Assembly: GCA_050949045.1 (NCBI GenBank)
Contig: JBMNEZ010000001.1
Coordinates: forward strand, 1,292,139-1,356,138
Origin: Candidatus Izemoplasmatales bacterium
GTDB taxonomy: Bacteria > Bacillota_I > Bacilli_A > Izemoplasmatales > Hujiaoplasmataceae
Direction: 5' to 3'
Length of the DNA stretch: 64,000 nucleotides
How positions within the stretch are numbered: the stretch's first letter is position 1; each line of letters starts with the position of its first letter. This document shows positions 1 to 8,851 of this stretch, in pieces. The position numbers and the translations under genes are program-made. Below the pieces are notes generated by a model. It made no database searches. It was not told the DNA's origin and saw only the letters and a program-made list of their open reading frames with translations.

Positions 1-540
1 AACAGTCCGGAAACGCCAACCTATCATCTGGAAATCCAAACGTTTTCGAAAGAGTTGGCTGAGGCGATTGCCGACTTGGCAAATCACTACAAATTGAAAG
101 CAAAGACCGCAAAAAACAGACGCGGCCAAATCGTCTATTTAAAAGAAGCGGAACGGATCGCCGATTTTTTGCGGGTGATTGATGCGACGAACTCGCTCTT
201 TGTCTATGAGGACTCCCGAATCAAACGCGATTTCAAAAACTCAATCAACCGGGTGATCAACTGCGATATCGCCAATGAAAAAAAAGCGCTGGCTGCCGCT
301 ATGAGACAACTTGAACAAATTGAAATCATTGAAAAACACTTTCGAAACCAAATTCCAAAAAGTATGCGCGAAGCCATCTTTCTCAGAAAAAAGTATCCAG
401 AATCGACTTTGCTGGAACTAAGCTATGCTTCAAAAGAGCATTTTTCCGAACCAATCTCCAAATCCGCTCTCAATCATCGCTTTCGAGCGATGAAGGATCT
501 TGCCGGAAAACTGATGATCGAGGGCGAACGCCATGATTAG
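1..540 (+). CDS. whiA: DNA-binding protein WhiA (5'-truncated by window edge)
   Basis: Frame is open from base 1 (NSPETPTYHLEI...). It contains the WhiA motifs YLKEAERIADFL, NSINRVINCDIAN and C-terminal HTH YPESTLLELS...ISKSALNHR. Confidence 0.9.
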   Translation, partial: NSPETPTYHLEIQTFSKELAEAIADLANHYKLKAKTAKNRRGQIVYLKEAERIADFLRVIDATNSLFVYEDSRIKRDFKNSINRVINCDIANEKKALAAAMRQLEQIEIIEKHFRNQIPKSMREAIFLRKKYPESTLLELSYASKEHFSEPISKSALNHRFRAMKDLAGKLMIEGERHD

Positions 541-889
541 AGGTGTTGGGACCGATATCGTCAAGGTCTGCAGAGTGGATCTGAAATATTTGAACCGGAT
601 TTTGAGCGATGATGAACTAGCACTCTATGACACCTTTTCCTCGGAATCGCGTCGTCAGGAATTTGTCGCTGCCAGATTCGCGGCCAAGGAAGCCCTGACT
701 AAGGCTTTTACCGCAACGAAGCATTTTTTTGCTTTTACAGAAATGACGATTCTTAATGACGATGACGGCAGACCGTTTCTCAAATCACCTCAATTGCCGG
801 AGTTTCGCATCTGGCTCTCCCTAAGCCATGAACATGAGTATGCGATTGCCTTATGTGTCATTGAGGACGCGGTGAATGATGCCCCTTGA
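533..889 (+). CDS. acpS: Holo-[acyl-carrier-protein] synthase
   Basis: GVGTDIV, AARFAAKEALTKA and LSLSHEHEYAIA motifs; 118 aa. Confidence 0.93.
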   Translation: MIRGVGTDIVKVCRVDLKYLNRILSDDELALYDTFSSESRRQEFVAARFAAKEALTKAFTATKHFFAFTEMTILNDDDGRPFLKSPQLPEFRIWLSLSHEHEYAIALCVIEDAVNDAP

Positions 890-958
890 AAGTGAAGGAA
901 AGTTTAACTTGCATAATCTCAAGACATTTAGTAAAATTATTAATGCTGAGGTGAAAAT

Positions 959-1477
959 ATGGCCACTTATAAAAAGGGATTCAAAAAACAAACATCGGAA
1001 CAAATGCTTCTTCAAGTCATCGTTGGCATTATTGTTTCGGTCATTCTTTTTGTGTTAATCGCTTTCATATATGATATCAGCACTAGAGTCCCTGATTATT
1101 CGGATTATACTAAAATAACCAAATATGAGGATGTTTTTACACAAAAAGACAAAGACGGGATTCCGATTGAACAATACATTGTCTATTTTTACAAGAAAGA
1201 TAGTGAAGACTGCAATAAAATCGCCAAAAAACTTTTAAGATTGGCAAATAGAGTCACCAAAAACGGGAATGTTTTTATAGTTTGCAGTACTGATGACATC
1301 ACCGACGCCGACACAAATCTCGACGATTTTTTGGACGCGATTGTTGAGACGTCAATGAATGTCCCCTTGCTTTTGACCGTCATTGACGGTGAGCCCGCTG
1401 ACGTTTATATAGGTGGCGATTCCGTTATCGATGCCATGATTTCGATCCAAAAAGGAACCTACGAACCTTTCAATTAA
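959..1477 (+). CDS. Membrane-anchored hypothetical protein, possible thioredoxin-like fold
   Basis: SD GAGGTG upstream; one N-terminal TM helix; YIVYFYKKDSEDC resembles a thioredoxin strand plus SxxC. Confidence 0.55.
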   Translation: MATYKKGFKKQTSEQMLLQVIVGIIVSVILFVLIAFIYDISTRVPDYSDYTKITKYEDVFTQKDKDGIPIEQYIVYFYKKDSEDCNKIAKKLLRLANRVTKNGNVFIVCSTDDITDADTNLDDFLDAIVETSMNVPLLLTVIDGEPADVYIGGDSVIDAMISIQKGTYEPFN

Positions 1478-1490
1478 CAACCAGCAACCC

Positions 1491-1510
1491 AAACCCGAAA
1501 GGGTTTTTTT
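1491..1510 (+). terminator. Rho-independent terminator
   Basis: AAACCC-GAAA-GGGTTT followed by a T run, just after the stop at 1477. Confidence 0.8.
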
Positions 1511-1574
1511 ATTCCATTTTACGGCCATATATGATAAAATCACATATAGAATATCCAGCTTATCCGGAGGAAAT

Positions 1575-3782
1575 ATGGAATATTTGAATGAAGATTTGAT
1601 CAAAGATGTCTCAATCAGCCAGAATATCAGCGTTGCTCAAGTTAGAGCAGTGCTCGATCTGTTGCAAGAGGGACAAACCGTCCCCTTCATCGCTCGCTAT
1701 CGCAAAGAAGTGACGGGCTCTTTGGACGAAGAACAAATCCGCGCAATCGAAAAAGAATATGATTATGCCGTCAACTTCCAGAAACGCAAGGAAGACATAA
1801 CCAGATTGATCGATGAAAAAGGGATGCTTACAGAAGAAATCAAACTGGCGATTCAAAACGCTGAGAAGCTTGTCGACCTCGAAGATATTTACAGGCCTTA
1901 CCGGGAAAAGAAAAAAACCAAAGCCACCGAAGCAATCAGAAAAGGGCTTGAGCCTTTGGCAAAACAGATTTTGACTTATCCTTTGGAGTTCGATCCCGAG
2001 ACAGAGACTGCTTTGTATTTGAACGAAGAAGTCACTTCGGCCATCGAAGCAATCGAGGGAGCCAAACACATCATTGCCGAGATCGTTTCGGACAATGCCG
2101 ATTATCGGAAATGGATCAGAAATTATACATATCAGAATGGCAGCTTAACCACTAAAATCAAAAAAGACGCCGAAGATCCGTACAAAACCTATCAGAACTA
2201 CTATGAATATGATGAAGTTTTAAAGAACATTAAACTATACCGCATCCTCGCAATCAATCGCGCCGAAAGAGAAAAAGTGATTACCGCTAAGATAGAGGTC
2301 AATGTCGAACCGATCCTTGATTATCTCAATTCGAAGTTTATCGGCAAGCAGAATTCCCCAGTCGTCACAATCGTCGAAGAAGCGATCGGAGATGCCTATA
2401 AAAGACTGATCAGCCCCTCAATCGAACGGGAGATCCGCAGCGACTTCACCGAGAAGGCCGAAGATCAGGCAATCCATATTTTCTCAGAGAATCTTCGTTC
2501 ACTACTCTTACAGCCGCCTTTGAAAGGCAAGATGGTTCTTGGCATCGACCCGGCATTTCGGACCGGCTGCAAATTCGCGGTCGTCGATTCTTTCGGCAAA
2601 TTCATTGACAAAGGGGTTATCCATCCTCATGAGTCAAGACCGGGAGAGAGGATTGAACCCCAAAAATACGAATTTGCAAAAAACAAACTGCAATATTTCA
2701 TCAAAAAACACAAAATTGAAATCATCGCTATCGGCAACGGCACCGCTTCTAGGGAAACAGAAGCCTTTGTCGTCGATGTCATCAAAGAATTGAATCAGGA
2801 AGTCAAATATGCTATCGTCAGTGAAGCGGGAGCTTCTGTCTACTCCGCTTCCGAACTTGCCAGAAGCGAGTTCCCCGATTTTCAGGTCGAGGAACGCTCT
2901 GCCGTCAGCATCGCCAGAAGAATGCAGGATCCGTTGAGCGAACTCGTCAAGATTGATCCCAAATCGATCGGGGTTGGTCAGTATCAACACGATGTCTCCC
3001 AATCAAAACTGTCGGAATCGCTTGACTTTGTTGTTTCGACTGCGGTCAACCAAGTCGGTGTCAATGTCAATACCGCTTCGTCGTCTTTATTAAGGTTTGT
3101 ATCCGGTCTTTCAGCCGCTGTTGCGCAAAACATCGTCATCCACCGGGAGGAAAACGGCCCCTTCCACAATCGGGAATCAATCAAAAGTGTTCCCAAGATG
3201 GGACCGAAAACTTTTGAACAAGCCGTTGGCTTTTTGCGAATTCTTGAATCCGACAATCCGCTCGACAAAACGCCGATTCATCCAGAAAGTTATGAATTGG
3301 CGCTCAAGGCTCTCGCCTATTTGGAAATCGAGCCTGATGAGATTGGGTCGAAACGGTGTGTCGAGATCATTGCTAATCAGAACGCGGCGAGCCTAGCGGA
3401 AAAACTGGGAATCCATCCGGTGACAATGGTCGACCTTCTTGACGCTTTTGTTGCGCCCACAAGAGATCTTCGCGATCAGTTTCCGCAGCCGCTTCTCAAA
3501 AGCGAATTGTTGCGGCTGGAAGATATGAAAGTCGGCATGGAACTCCAGGGAACCGTCAGAAACGTCGTCGATTTCGGAGCTTTCATCGATTGCGGCATCA
3601 AAGAAGCCGGTCTAGTCCACATTTCAAAAATGAGCAACCGCTACATAAAACATCCCCTGGAAGTTGTCAGCGTCGGCGACATCGTGAAAGTATGGGTCAT
3701 CGGAGTTGATTTAGATCGGAAGCGCCTTCAACTTTCGATGATTGATCCCAAATCCGAATTAGAAAACAAGCTGCGTCGCTAG
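1575..3782 (+). CDS. tex: Tex family RNA-binding transcriptional accessory protein
   Basis: TVPFIARYRKE, GIDPAFRTGCK, VSEAGASVYSAS, IGVGQYQHDV motifs and a C-terminal S1 domain; SD GGAGG. Confidence 0.95.
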   Translation: MEYLNEDLIKDVSISQNISVAQVRAVLDLLQEGQTVPFIARYRKEVTGSLDEEQIRAIEKEYDYAVNFQKRKEDITRLIDEKGMLTEEIKLAIQNAEKLVDLEDIYRPYREKKKTKATEAIRKGLEPLAKQILTYPLEFDPETETALYLNEEVTSAIEAIEGAKHIIAEIVSDNADYRKWIRNYTYQNGSLTTKIKKDAEDPYKTYQNYYEYDEVLKNIKLYRILAINRAEREKVITAKIEVNVEPILDYLNSKFIGKQNSPVVTIVEEAIGDAYKRLISPSIEREIRSDFTEKAEDQAIHIFSENLRSLLLQPPLKGKMVLGIDPAFRTGCKFAVVDSFGKFIDKGVIHPHESRPGERIEPQKYEFAKNKLQYFIKKHKIEIIAIGNGTASRETEAFVVDVIKELNQEVKYAIVSEAGASVYSASELARSEFPDFQVEERSAVSIARRMQDPLSELVKIDPKSIGVGQYQHDVSQSKLSESLDFVVSTAVNQVGVNVNTASSSLLRFVSGLSAAVAQNIVIHREENGPFHNRESIKSVPKMGPKTFEQAVGFLRILESDNPLDKTPIHPESYELALKALAYLEIEPDEIGSKRCVEIIANQNAASLAEKLGIHPVTMVDLLDAFVAPTRDLRDQFPQPLLKSELLRLEDMKVGMELQGTVRNVVDFGAFIDCGIKEAGLVHISKMSNRYIKHPLEVVSVGDIVKVWVIGVDLDRKRLQLSMIDPKSELENKLRR

Positions 3783-3962
3783 ATGGGCTTTTCTTGTTAG
3801 AAATACTCTATGCTGTATGATTTTATTTGTTTGGTGTAATTAGCAAAAAGTTAAGGACAAAAACAAAGTGATCGCAATATCATAGTATTAATCAATAGGT
3901 CTTGTTTATTTTGTCGGCGATTCGCGGTATAATTAATAATGATTCCAAAAGGAGGAATTATT

Positions 3963-4634
3963 ATGGGAAAAAACAAATTTCGCTATGGATGGCTTGTAAA
4001 GTGGATATTGGCAGCGATTTTGATCGCAGCCGGCATCTTGATGAAAATCTACGATGTTGAAGTTGTTTATGCGACTACAGGCATCGCGATTGTCATCTTT
4101 TCGCTTGCCCGGGTAGTGCCACTCATCAAAACGCTCAAAAAAGAAGCTGTCAGAACCATTAATCTTATCGAGATCATTTTTGATACGATTATGGGTGGAG
4201 TGATGATCTATGTTGTTTTTTCGGGTAAGGCCGGAGAACAATTTTGGATCAGTCTTTACGGATATCTCTTGGCAGCGTTCTTCTATGCCCGCGGACTGAT
4301 CTATTTTGTTTGCTTCTATTATTTTGAAGAGAAGTCCGAACAATTGAAATTTTGGTTTCACATCGTTTGTCTCTCTCTCGGTGCGGCATTACTGGTTTTA
4401 ACCATCCTGAAAAGGGATATCATCTCGACTCTCGGCTGGATCGTTCTCTTCATTTCAGTTGGCGGCGGCTTGTATCTTGTTTATGACGGCTATGGTGGAT
4501 ATCGCAAATATCGCGAAACTTCCAAAGCCCTTAACGAGGAAAAGAAACCGAAAAAAACACCAAAAGTTGAAAAGGATTTACCCAAGCCGACCCCTGAAAT
4601 TCCCGAAGAAAAAGAAGAAACCTATATCAACTGA
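3963..4634 (+). CDS. Multi-pass membrane protein of unknown function
   Basis: SD AGGAGG before ATG 3963; about six hydrophobic segments and a charged tail. Confidence 0.75.
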   Translation: MGKNKFRYGWLVKWILAAILIAAGILMKIYDVEVVYATTGIAIVIFSLARVVPLIKTLKKEAVRTINLIEIIFDTIMGGVMIYVVFSGKAGEQFWISLYGYLLAAFFYARGLIYFVCFYYFEEKSEQLKFWFHIVCLSLGAALLVLTILKRDIISTLGWIVLFISVGGGLYLVYDGYGGYRKYRETSKALNEEKKPKKTPKVEKDLPKPTPEIPEEKEETYIN

Positions 4635-4640
4635 AATTGA

Positions 4641-4669
4641 TTGACAGTCAGCCATATATGAAGTATTAT
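4641..4669 (+). promoter_or_regulatory. Sigma70/sigmaA promoter of the tRNA-Ser genes
   Basis: TTGACA (4641-4646), 17 bp, TATTAT (4664-4669), about 24 bp upstream of the tRNA. Confidence 0.7.
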
Positions 4670-4692
4670 AAAATGGCTGACTGTCTTCTCAG

Positions 4693-4783
4693 GGAGTAAT
4701 ACTCAAGAGGCCGAAGAGGCGCCCCTGCTAAGGGCGTAGGTCGGGGAACCGGCGCGAGAGTTCGAATCTCTCTTACTCCGCCA
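4693..4783 (+). tRNA. tRNA-Ser (anticodon GCT)
   Basis: Acceptor GGAGTAA/TTACTCC, G discriminator and CCA; anticodon arm CGCCC-CTGCTAA-GGGCG; long variable arm; GTTCGAATC T-loop. Confidence 0.97.
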
Positions 4784-4842
4784 GTCTTCAGATGACAGGC
4801 GATTCGATATTGATCGCCTTTTCTTAAGGAATCATCTTTTTT

Positions 4843-4933
4843 GGAGAAGTACCCAAGTGGCTGAAGGGGCTGGCTTGGAAAGCTAGTAGATCGTTAATCC
4901 GGTGCAGGGGTTCAAATCCCCTCTTCTCCGCCA
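4843..4933 (+). tRNA. tRNA-Ser (anticodon GGA)
   Basis: Acceptor GGAGAAG/CTTCTCC, G discriminator and CCA; anticodon arm CTGGC-TTGGAAA-GCTAG; long variable arm; GTTCAAATC T-loop. Confidence 0.97.
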
Positions 4934-5004
4934 TATAACAAGCATGGGTTTGATACAATTCGTATCAGGCCTTTTTTGCTTTAATAAAGGCTTTTTCTCG
5001 CTTT
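4931..5004 (+). repeat. att-like repeat copy 0 (tRNA CCA + core + terminator hairpin + right arm)
   Basis: CCATATAACAAGCATGGGTTTGATACAATTCGTATCAGGCCTTTTTTGCTTTAATAAAGG aligns with copies at 6579, 7443 and 28543. Confidence 0.85.
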
Positions 5005-5309
5005 AACGAGTAAAATTTGCTTTTAATATATTATAATATACGTACTTTGATTTATATAATTGGTTTTTCAAACCATTCATTATATATTTTTCAAACCATC
5101 TATTGGTTTTATCTTAAGGTTTATGCGGTGTTTTGATAAATAGTAGAAATGATTTTTTATATATTAAGACAAAAATAAAAAAATATAAGATCCTACTTAT
5201 TTAGTAATTCTCAACTGAGAAGGTCATGGATTAGAAAAACTTGTGATCTCAATATATAATATTAAGTCGTATTGCAAGATTTAACTATCAATAATTGAGG
5301 TGAAATATA

Positions 5310-6380
5310 ATGTCGATAAGAATAAAAAAAACAGTTTGGAAAATAACAAAAAATCCTTTAATACGATTTCTTTTTGTTTTTTTTAGGAGATACCACGGGA
5401 GTTTAAATAAACTGTACTTAGAAAGAAATAATTGTTTTCAAAGATATTCAAATAAAAACATACAAAATTTATCTGAGAAAAAAATCAAACGTGAAATGCT
5501 TATATCACTATACAAATACGGCTCGGATTTTGAAGAGTACTTCCTTTATGATTTTTTAAATATAGATAAGCAAAACAGAAAAAATTATATAACATCAAAT
5601 AACAGGTATTATCTATATACTGTACTTAATGATTTCAAATTAGAACATATATTTTATAACAAAAATGAGACTTTCAACGCTTTTAAAGAGTACTTTAAAC
5701 GAGATCAATTCTTTATTTATCAAGACGCATCATTAAAGGACTTTTTAATTTTCACTTCAAATAAAAATAAGGTAATTTTTAAACCTAAGAATCTTAGCTC
5801 AGGCAGAGGTGTTGAGATTATAGATCTTGGCAATCATAACCCCGAGATGCTTTTTAATAATCTCAAACTAAAGGGAGAAGGAGTACTCGAAGATCTAATA
5901 ATTCAAGATGATTTGATGGCTTCTTTTCATCCCGAATCTGTAAACACCTTACGAATACCGACGATAATATGCCGGAAAAATTCTGTAGATAACATTACGA
6001 TTTTCCACCCAATAATGAGGGTTGGAAAAAACAAAATGATTGTTGATAACGGTGGTGCTGGAGGTATTTTGCTGGCTATAGATTCTATTAACGGAAGTAT
6101 TATTTCAGATGGTTATGATGAGGATGGCGTAGTATATGAAAGCCATCCCGATACCAATATTAAATTTAAAGGTTTCCAGGTGCCCAAGTGGGGTGAAGCG
6201 ATTAAATTGGTAAAAGAGTTAGCAAGAAAATTTCCAGATGCAAGATATGTTGGATGGGATCTTGCCTTGAATAATAGAAAAGAATGGGTTTTAGTAGAAG
6301 CTAATATGAGCGGTGAGTTCAAAGTTTTGCAAATACCATTAAAGATGGGGTTATATAATGAGTTAAAAAAATATCTTTGA
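5310..6380 (+). CDS. Sugar-transfer-associated ATP-grasp domain protein
   Basis: FKPKNLSSGRGV, SVNTLRI, VDNGGAGG, HPDT..F.GFQVPKW and YVGWDLA...LVEAN motifs; SD GAGGTG. Confidence 0.85.
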   Translation: MSIRIKKTVWKITKNPLIRFLFVFFRRYHGSLNKLYLERNNCFQRYSNKNIQNLSEKKIKREMLISLYKYGSDFEEYFLYDFLNIDKQNRKNYITSNNRYYLYTVLNDFKLEHIFYNKNETFNAFKEYFKRDQFFIYQDASLKDFLIFTSNKNKVIFKPKNLSSGRGVEIIDLGNHNPEMLFNNLKLKGEGVLEDLIIQDDLMASFHPESVNTLRIPTIICRKNSVDNITIFHPIMRVGKNKMIVDNGGAGGILLAIDSINGSIISDGYDEDGVVYESHPDTNIKFKGFQVPKWGEAIKLVKELARKFPDARYVGWDLALNNRKEWVLVEANMSGEFKVLQIPLKMGLYNELKKYL

Positions 6381-6456
6381 TTTTTAAACTTATTAACTTA
6401 AGAGTTGTTTTCAAATAAAAGAATAACTTTCAAATTAGACTGTATAGAGTAAATAC

Positions 6457-6650
6457 AACAATCATTTTTAAATATTCCTTTGTTAAGCCGTTTTTATAGG
6501 GGTGCGTAAAACCCCTATGAAGGGTGCGTAAAAAAAACGGTCAGGGGTGCGTATTTGTATTAAAATAGGTTATACGTTCCATATAAGAAATATAGGTTTG
6601 ATACATTTTGCATCAGCCCTTTTTGCTTTAATAAGGAGTTTCCCTCATTT
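6457..6650 (+). repeat. att-like repeat copy 1 (left arm with 3x GGGTGCGTA + core + terminator + right arm)
   Basis: Left part aligns with 7358-7442; right part aligns with 4931-5004. Confidence 0.85.
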
Positions 6651-7442
6651 TGTCTAGTGTTTTTTGAAGTGAAAAGCAGCTAAAAAATAAGGATAAATTT
6701 CGAGAGCAGATTAGATCTTTACGTGATTACAAATTGATTTACACGATTTGAAGTAATTTTATATGAACTCTGATTTTAATGAATTTATTTAGTTATACTA
6801 TAGAATAATTGAATTAAGATCTTTCTTTCTAATAGGAGAGGCTATGTCTAACTTGCTAATCAGAAAAGCCACAGTTGATGATGCAGAAGGAAAAGGTTAT
6901 GTTCATTACCAAAGCTGGATAGAAACATATTCAGGGCTTTTTCCCGATGAAGTTATCAGTAATTTATCGCTTGAAAGGTTTGTAAAATCAGCGAAGGACC
7001 ATCCTGAAAATACATATGTTGCCATCATAGATAATAAGATTATTGGATTTTGTTGCTACCTCGAATCTAGAGATGACGATTTGGAAAATACGGGAGAAAT
7101 CATAGCAGTGTATGTATTAAAGGCATATCAAGGCTTAGGGATTGGAAGAAAATTAATGGAAGTTTGCTATAAGGAGTTAAAGAAATATTCTAAACTATCA
7201 CTATGGGTGCTTGGCAGCAACAAGAAATCAGTAGCGTTTTATGAAAAACAAGGATTCATTGCTGATGGCAAAACAAAATTCTTGCAGGGGAAAGAAATTA
7301 TTAGAATGATTAAGAAATCACAAGGATAAGGAAGGCTTTCTTTGAGTTTAATAATCTAACAGTCGTTTTGAACACTTCCCTTTGTTAAGCTGTTTTTATA
7401 GGGGTTAGGGGTGTGTATTTGTATTAAAATAGATTACACGTT
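6579..7442 (+). mobile_element. Putative non-autonomous integrated unit B (864 bp, one cargo gene)
   Basis: Bounded by direct copies of the core at 6579 and 7443; AT-rich; single GNAT ORF; no recombinase. Confidence 0.6.
6844..7329 (+). CDS. GNAT family N-acetyltransferase
   Basis: IRKATVDDA, SWIETYSGL, acetyl-CoA motif AYQGLGIGRKLM, LWVL..N...FYEKQGF; SD AGGAG. Confidence 0.9.
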   Translation: MSNLLIRKATVDDAEGKGYVHYQSWIETYSGLFPDEVISNLSLERFVKSAKDHPENTYVAIIDNKIIGFCCYLESRDDDLENTGEIIAVYVLKAYQGLGIGRKLMEVCYKELKKYSKLSLWVLGSNKKSVAFYEKQGFIADGKTKFLQGKEIIRMIKKSQG

Positions 7443-7488
7443 CCATATAAGAAGCATGGATTTGATACAAATGTATCAGGCCTTTTTT
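7358..7488 (+). repeat. att-like repeat copy 2 (shortened left arm + core + terminator)
   Basis: TTCCCTTTGTTAAGCTGTTTTTATAGGGG..AGGGGTGTGTATTTGTATTAAAATAGATTACACGTTCCATATAAGAAGCATGGATTTGATACAAATGTATCAGGCCTTTTTT; similarity stops after the T run. Confidence 0.85.
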
Positions 7489-7744
7489 ACGCAGAAAGGG
7501 TATTTTATCCTATCTGTCAAAGTTTAATTCGGCATATTGAACATAATCGCGATGTCACAACCTTGGTTGTAGTAACACTCCAATGAATCAAAATAATTTA
7601 GCGGGGGAAGCCCCGTTTTTTATATTGCGTTTTTTACGATTTGGGAAATTGAAGACTTAAGAATGCGATATTATGTTGTATAATATATGGCAGTGATACC
7701 ATTTGTATCCTCTATAAATACCCAATATTTTAGGGAGGTTGCTA

Positions 7745-8851
7745 ATGATTGTTACAGTCGATTCAACGAAATCGCTGAGGCAATTCGTCTACTTCATCAA
7801 AACATTATACAAGGATAATCCCCATTATGTATTTCCGCTTTTCAAAGTCCAGATGAAGGAACTGAAGAAGGCGGTTTTGGCTGACAAAGACTATACAGCG
7901 ATCTTGTCTGTTGAACAAAACGAAGTCCGTGGTCGCCTTCTTTATACTTACAGCACATCGAAAGACAAAGATGAAAAAATCTGTTTCTTCTCTTTTTTCG
8001 ATGCGGTGGATGATATGAAAGTAGCCAAGGAACTTTTTGACAGGATGGAAAGCGACATGAAACGCGATGGCATAACCTATGCGGAAGGCACCTATACTCC
8101 TTATGATCCCGATACCAGAAGAGGTGTGCTTGTGAACGGTTTTGACATCGACCCGACCCTCTTCACTTCTTATAATTATCAATACTACCAAAAACTTATT
8201 GAACATTGCGGATATCGGAAAAAAATCGACACAGTCAGTCTGGGCGTCAATACCGGTCATGAAAACGGAAAGCTATTGAAGGCGCTCGCTGCGATGTTCT
8301 TCAGGCGACACGATGTGACAATCCGGCCTCTTGATTACAGCAAATTGGATCAACAAATCGACGCCATTCATCACATCCTCCAAAAAGCCACCAATGAACT
8401 GGTTTACCAGGAAGCACCCTCGATCGAGATGGTTCGGAATGTCGCCAAAAACTTGAAATTTTTCATCAATCCCGATTTCATCCCAATCGCTTTTGAAAAC
8501 AATACGGGAGAACCGATTGGGTTCTGCTTGGCATTACCCGATTTCAACCAGTTATTCAAAAAAACAAAAGGCAGAATCAAACCAATATATCTTTTGCTTA
8601 ACAAACAGAAAATTAACAAAGTCAGAGGCATTTTGCAGTATGTCGTTCCCAAATATCAGGGAACCGGGTTAATCGGCGCGCTCTTCAACAGTATCTATGA
8701 AAATTTCCCGAAGTACGGGATAACCGAATTTGAAGCTGGTACGATGCTCGAAAACAATCTGAGACCAATCAAAGTTTTTCAACGGCTCGGCGGCAAAATT
8801 ATCAAAACTTATCGAATATTCGGAAAGGATCTGAATCAAGATGATCTATAG
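7745..8851 (+). CDS. YghO-like two-domain GNAT-fold protein
   Basis: LYKDNPHYVFPL, FFSFFDAVDD, GVLVNGFD..PT...YN..YY..LIE..GY.K..D, LPDFNQ and VVPKYQGTG; SD GGAGG. Confidence 0.7.
   Translation: MIVTVDSTKSLRQFVYFIKTLYKDNPHYVFPLFKVQMKELKKAVLADKDYTAILSVEQNEVRGRLLYTYSTSKDKDEKICFFSFFDAVDDMKVAKELFDRMESDMKRDGITYAEGTYTPYDPDTRRGVLVNGFDIDPTLFTSYNYQYYQKLIEHCGYRKKIDTVSLGVNTGHENGKLLKALAAMFFRRHDVTIRPLDYSKLDQQIDAIHHILQKATNELVYQEAPSIEMVRNVAKNLKFFINPDFIPIAFENNTGEPIGFCLALPDFNQLFKKTKGRIKPIYLLLNKQKINKVRGILQYVVPKYQGTGLIGALFNSIYENFPKYGITEFEAGTMLENNLRPIKVFQRLGGKIIKTYRIFGKDLNQDDL

Larger units (their letters stand above)
4931..6578 (+). mobile_element. Putative non-autonomous integrated unit A (1648 bp, one cargo gene)
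   Basis: Bounded by direct copies of the core at 4931 and 6579; very AT-rich; single ORF; no recombinase. Confidence 0.6.

Noticed and set aside
5061..5110. Short repeats TTTTTCAAACCAT (x2) with inverted TGGTTT upstream of the ATP-grasp gene
   Set aside because: Short, in extremely AT-rich DNA and not found in the other unit; cannot be distinguished from chance.
6545..6575. GGTGCGTATTTGTATT resembles the XerC half of the E. coli dif site
   Set aside because: No XerD arm (TTATGTTAAAT-like) follows at the correct spacing, and the motif occurs as three direct repeats, which fits arm-type sites better.
4931..7488. Classical integron or CRISPR array
   Set aside because: No intI gene or attC R/L-box structure was seen. 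The repeats are separated by 0.86-1.65 kb genes rather than 30-40 bp spacers, and there are no cas genes.
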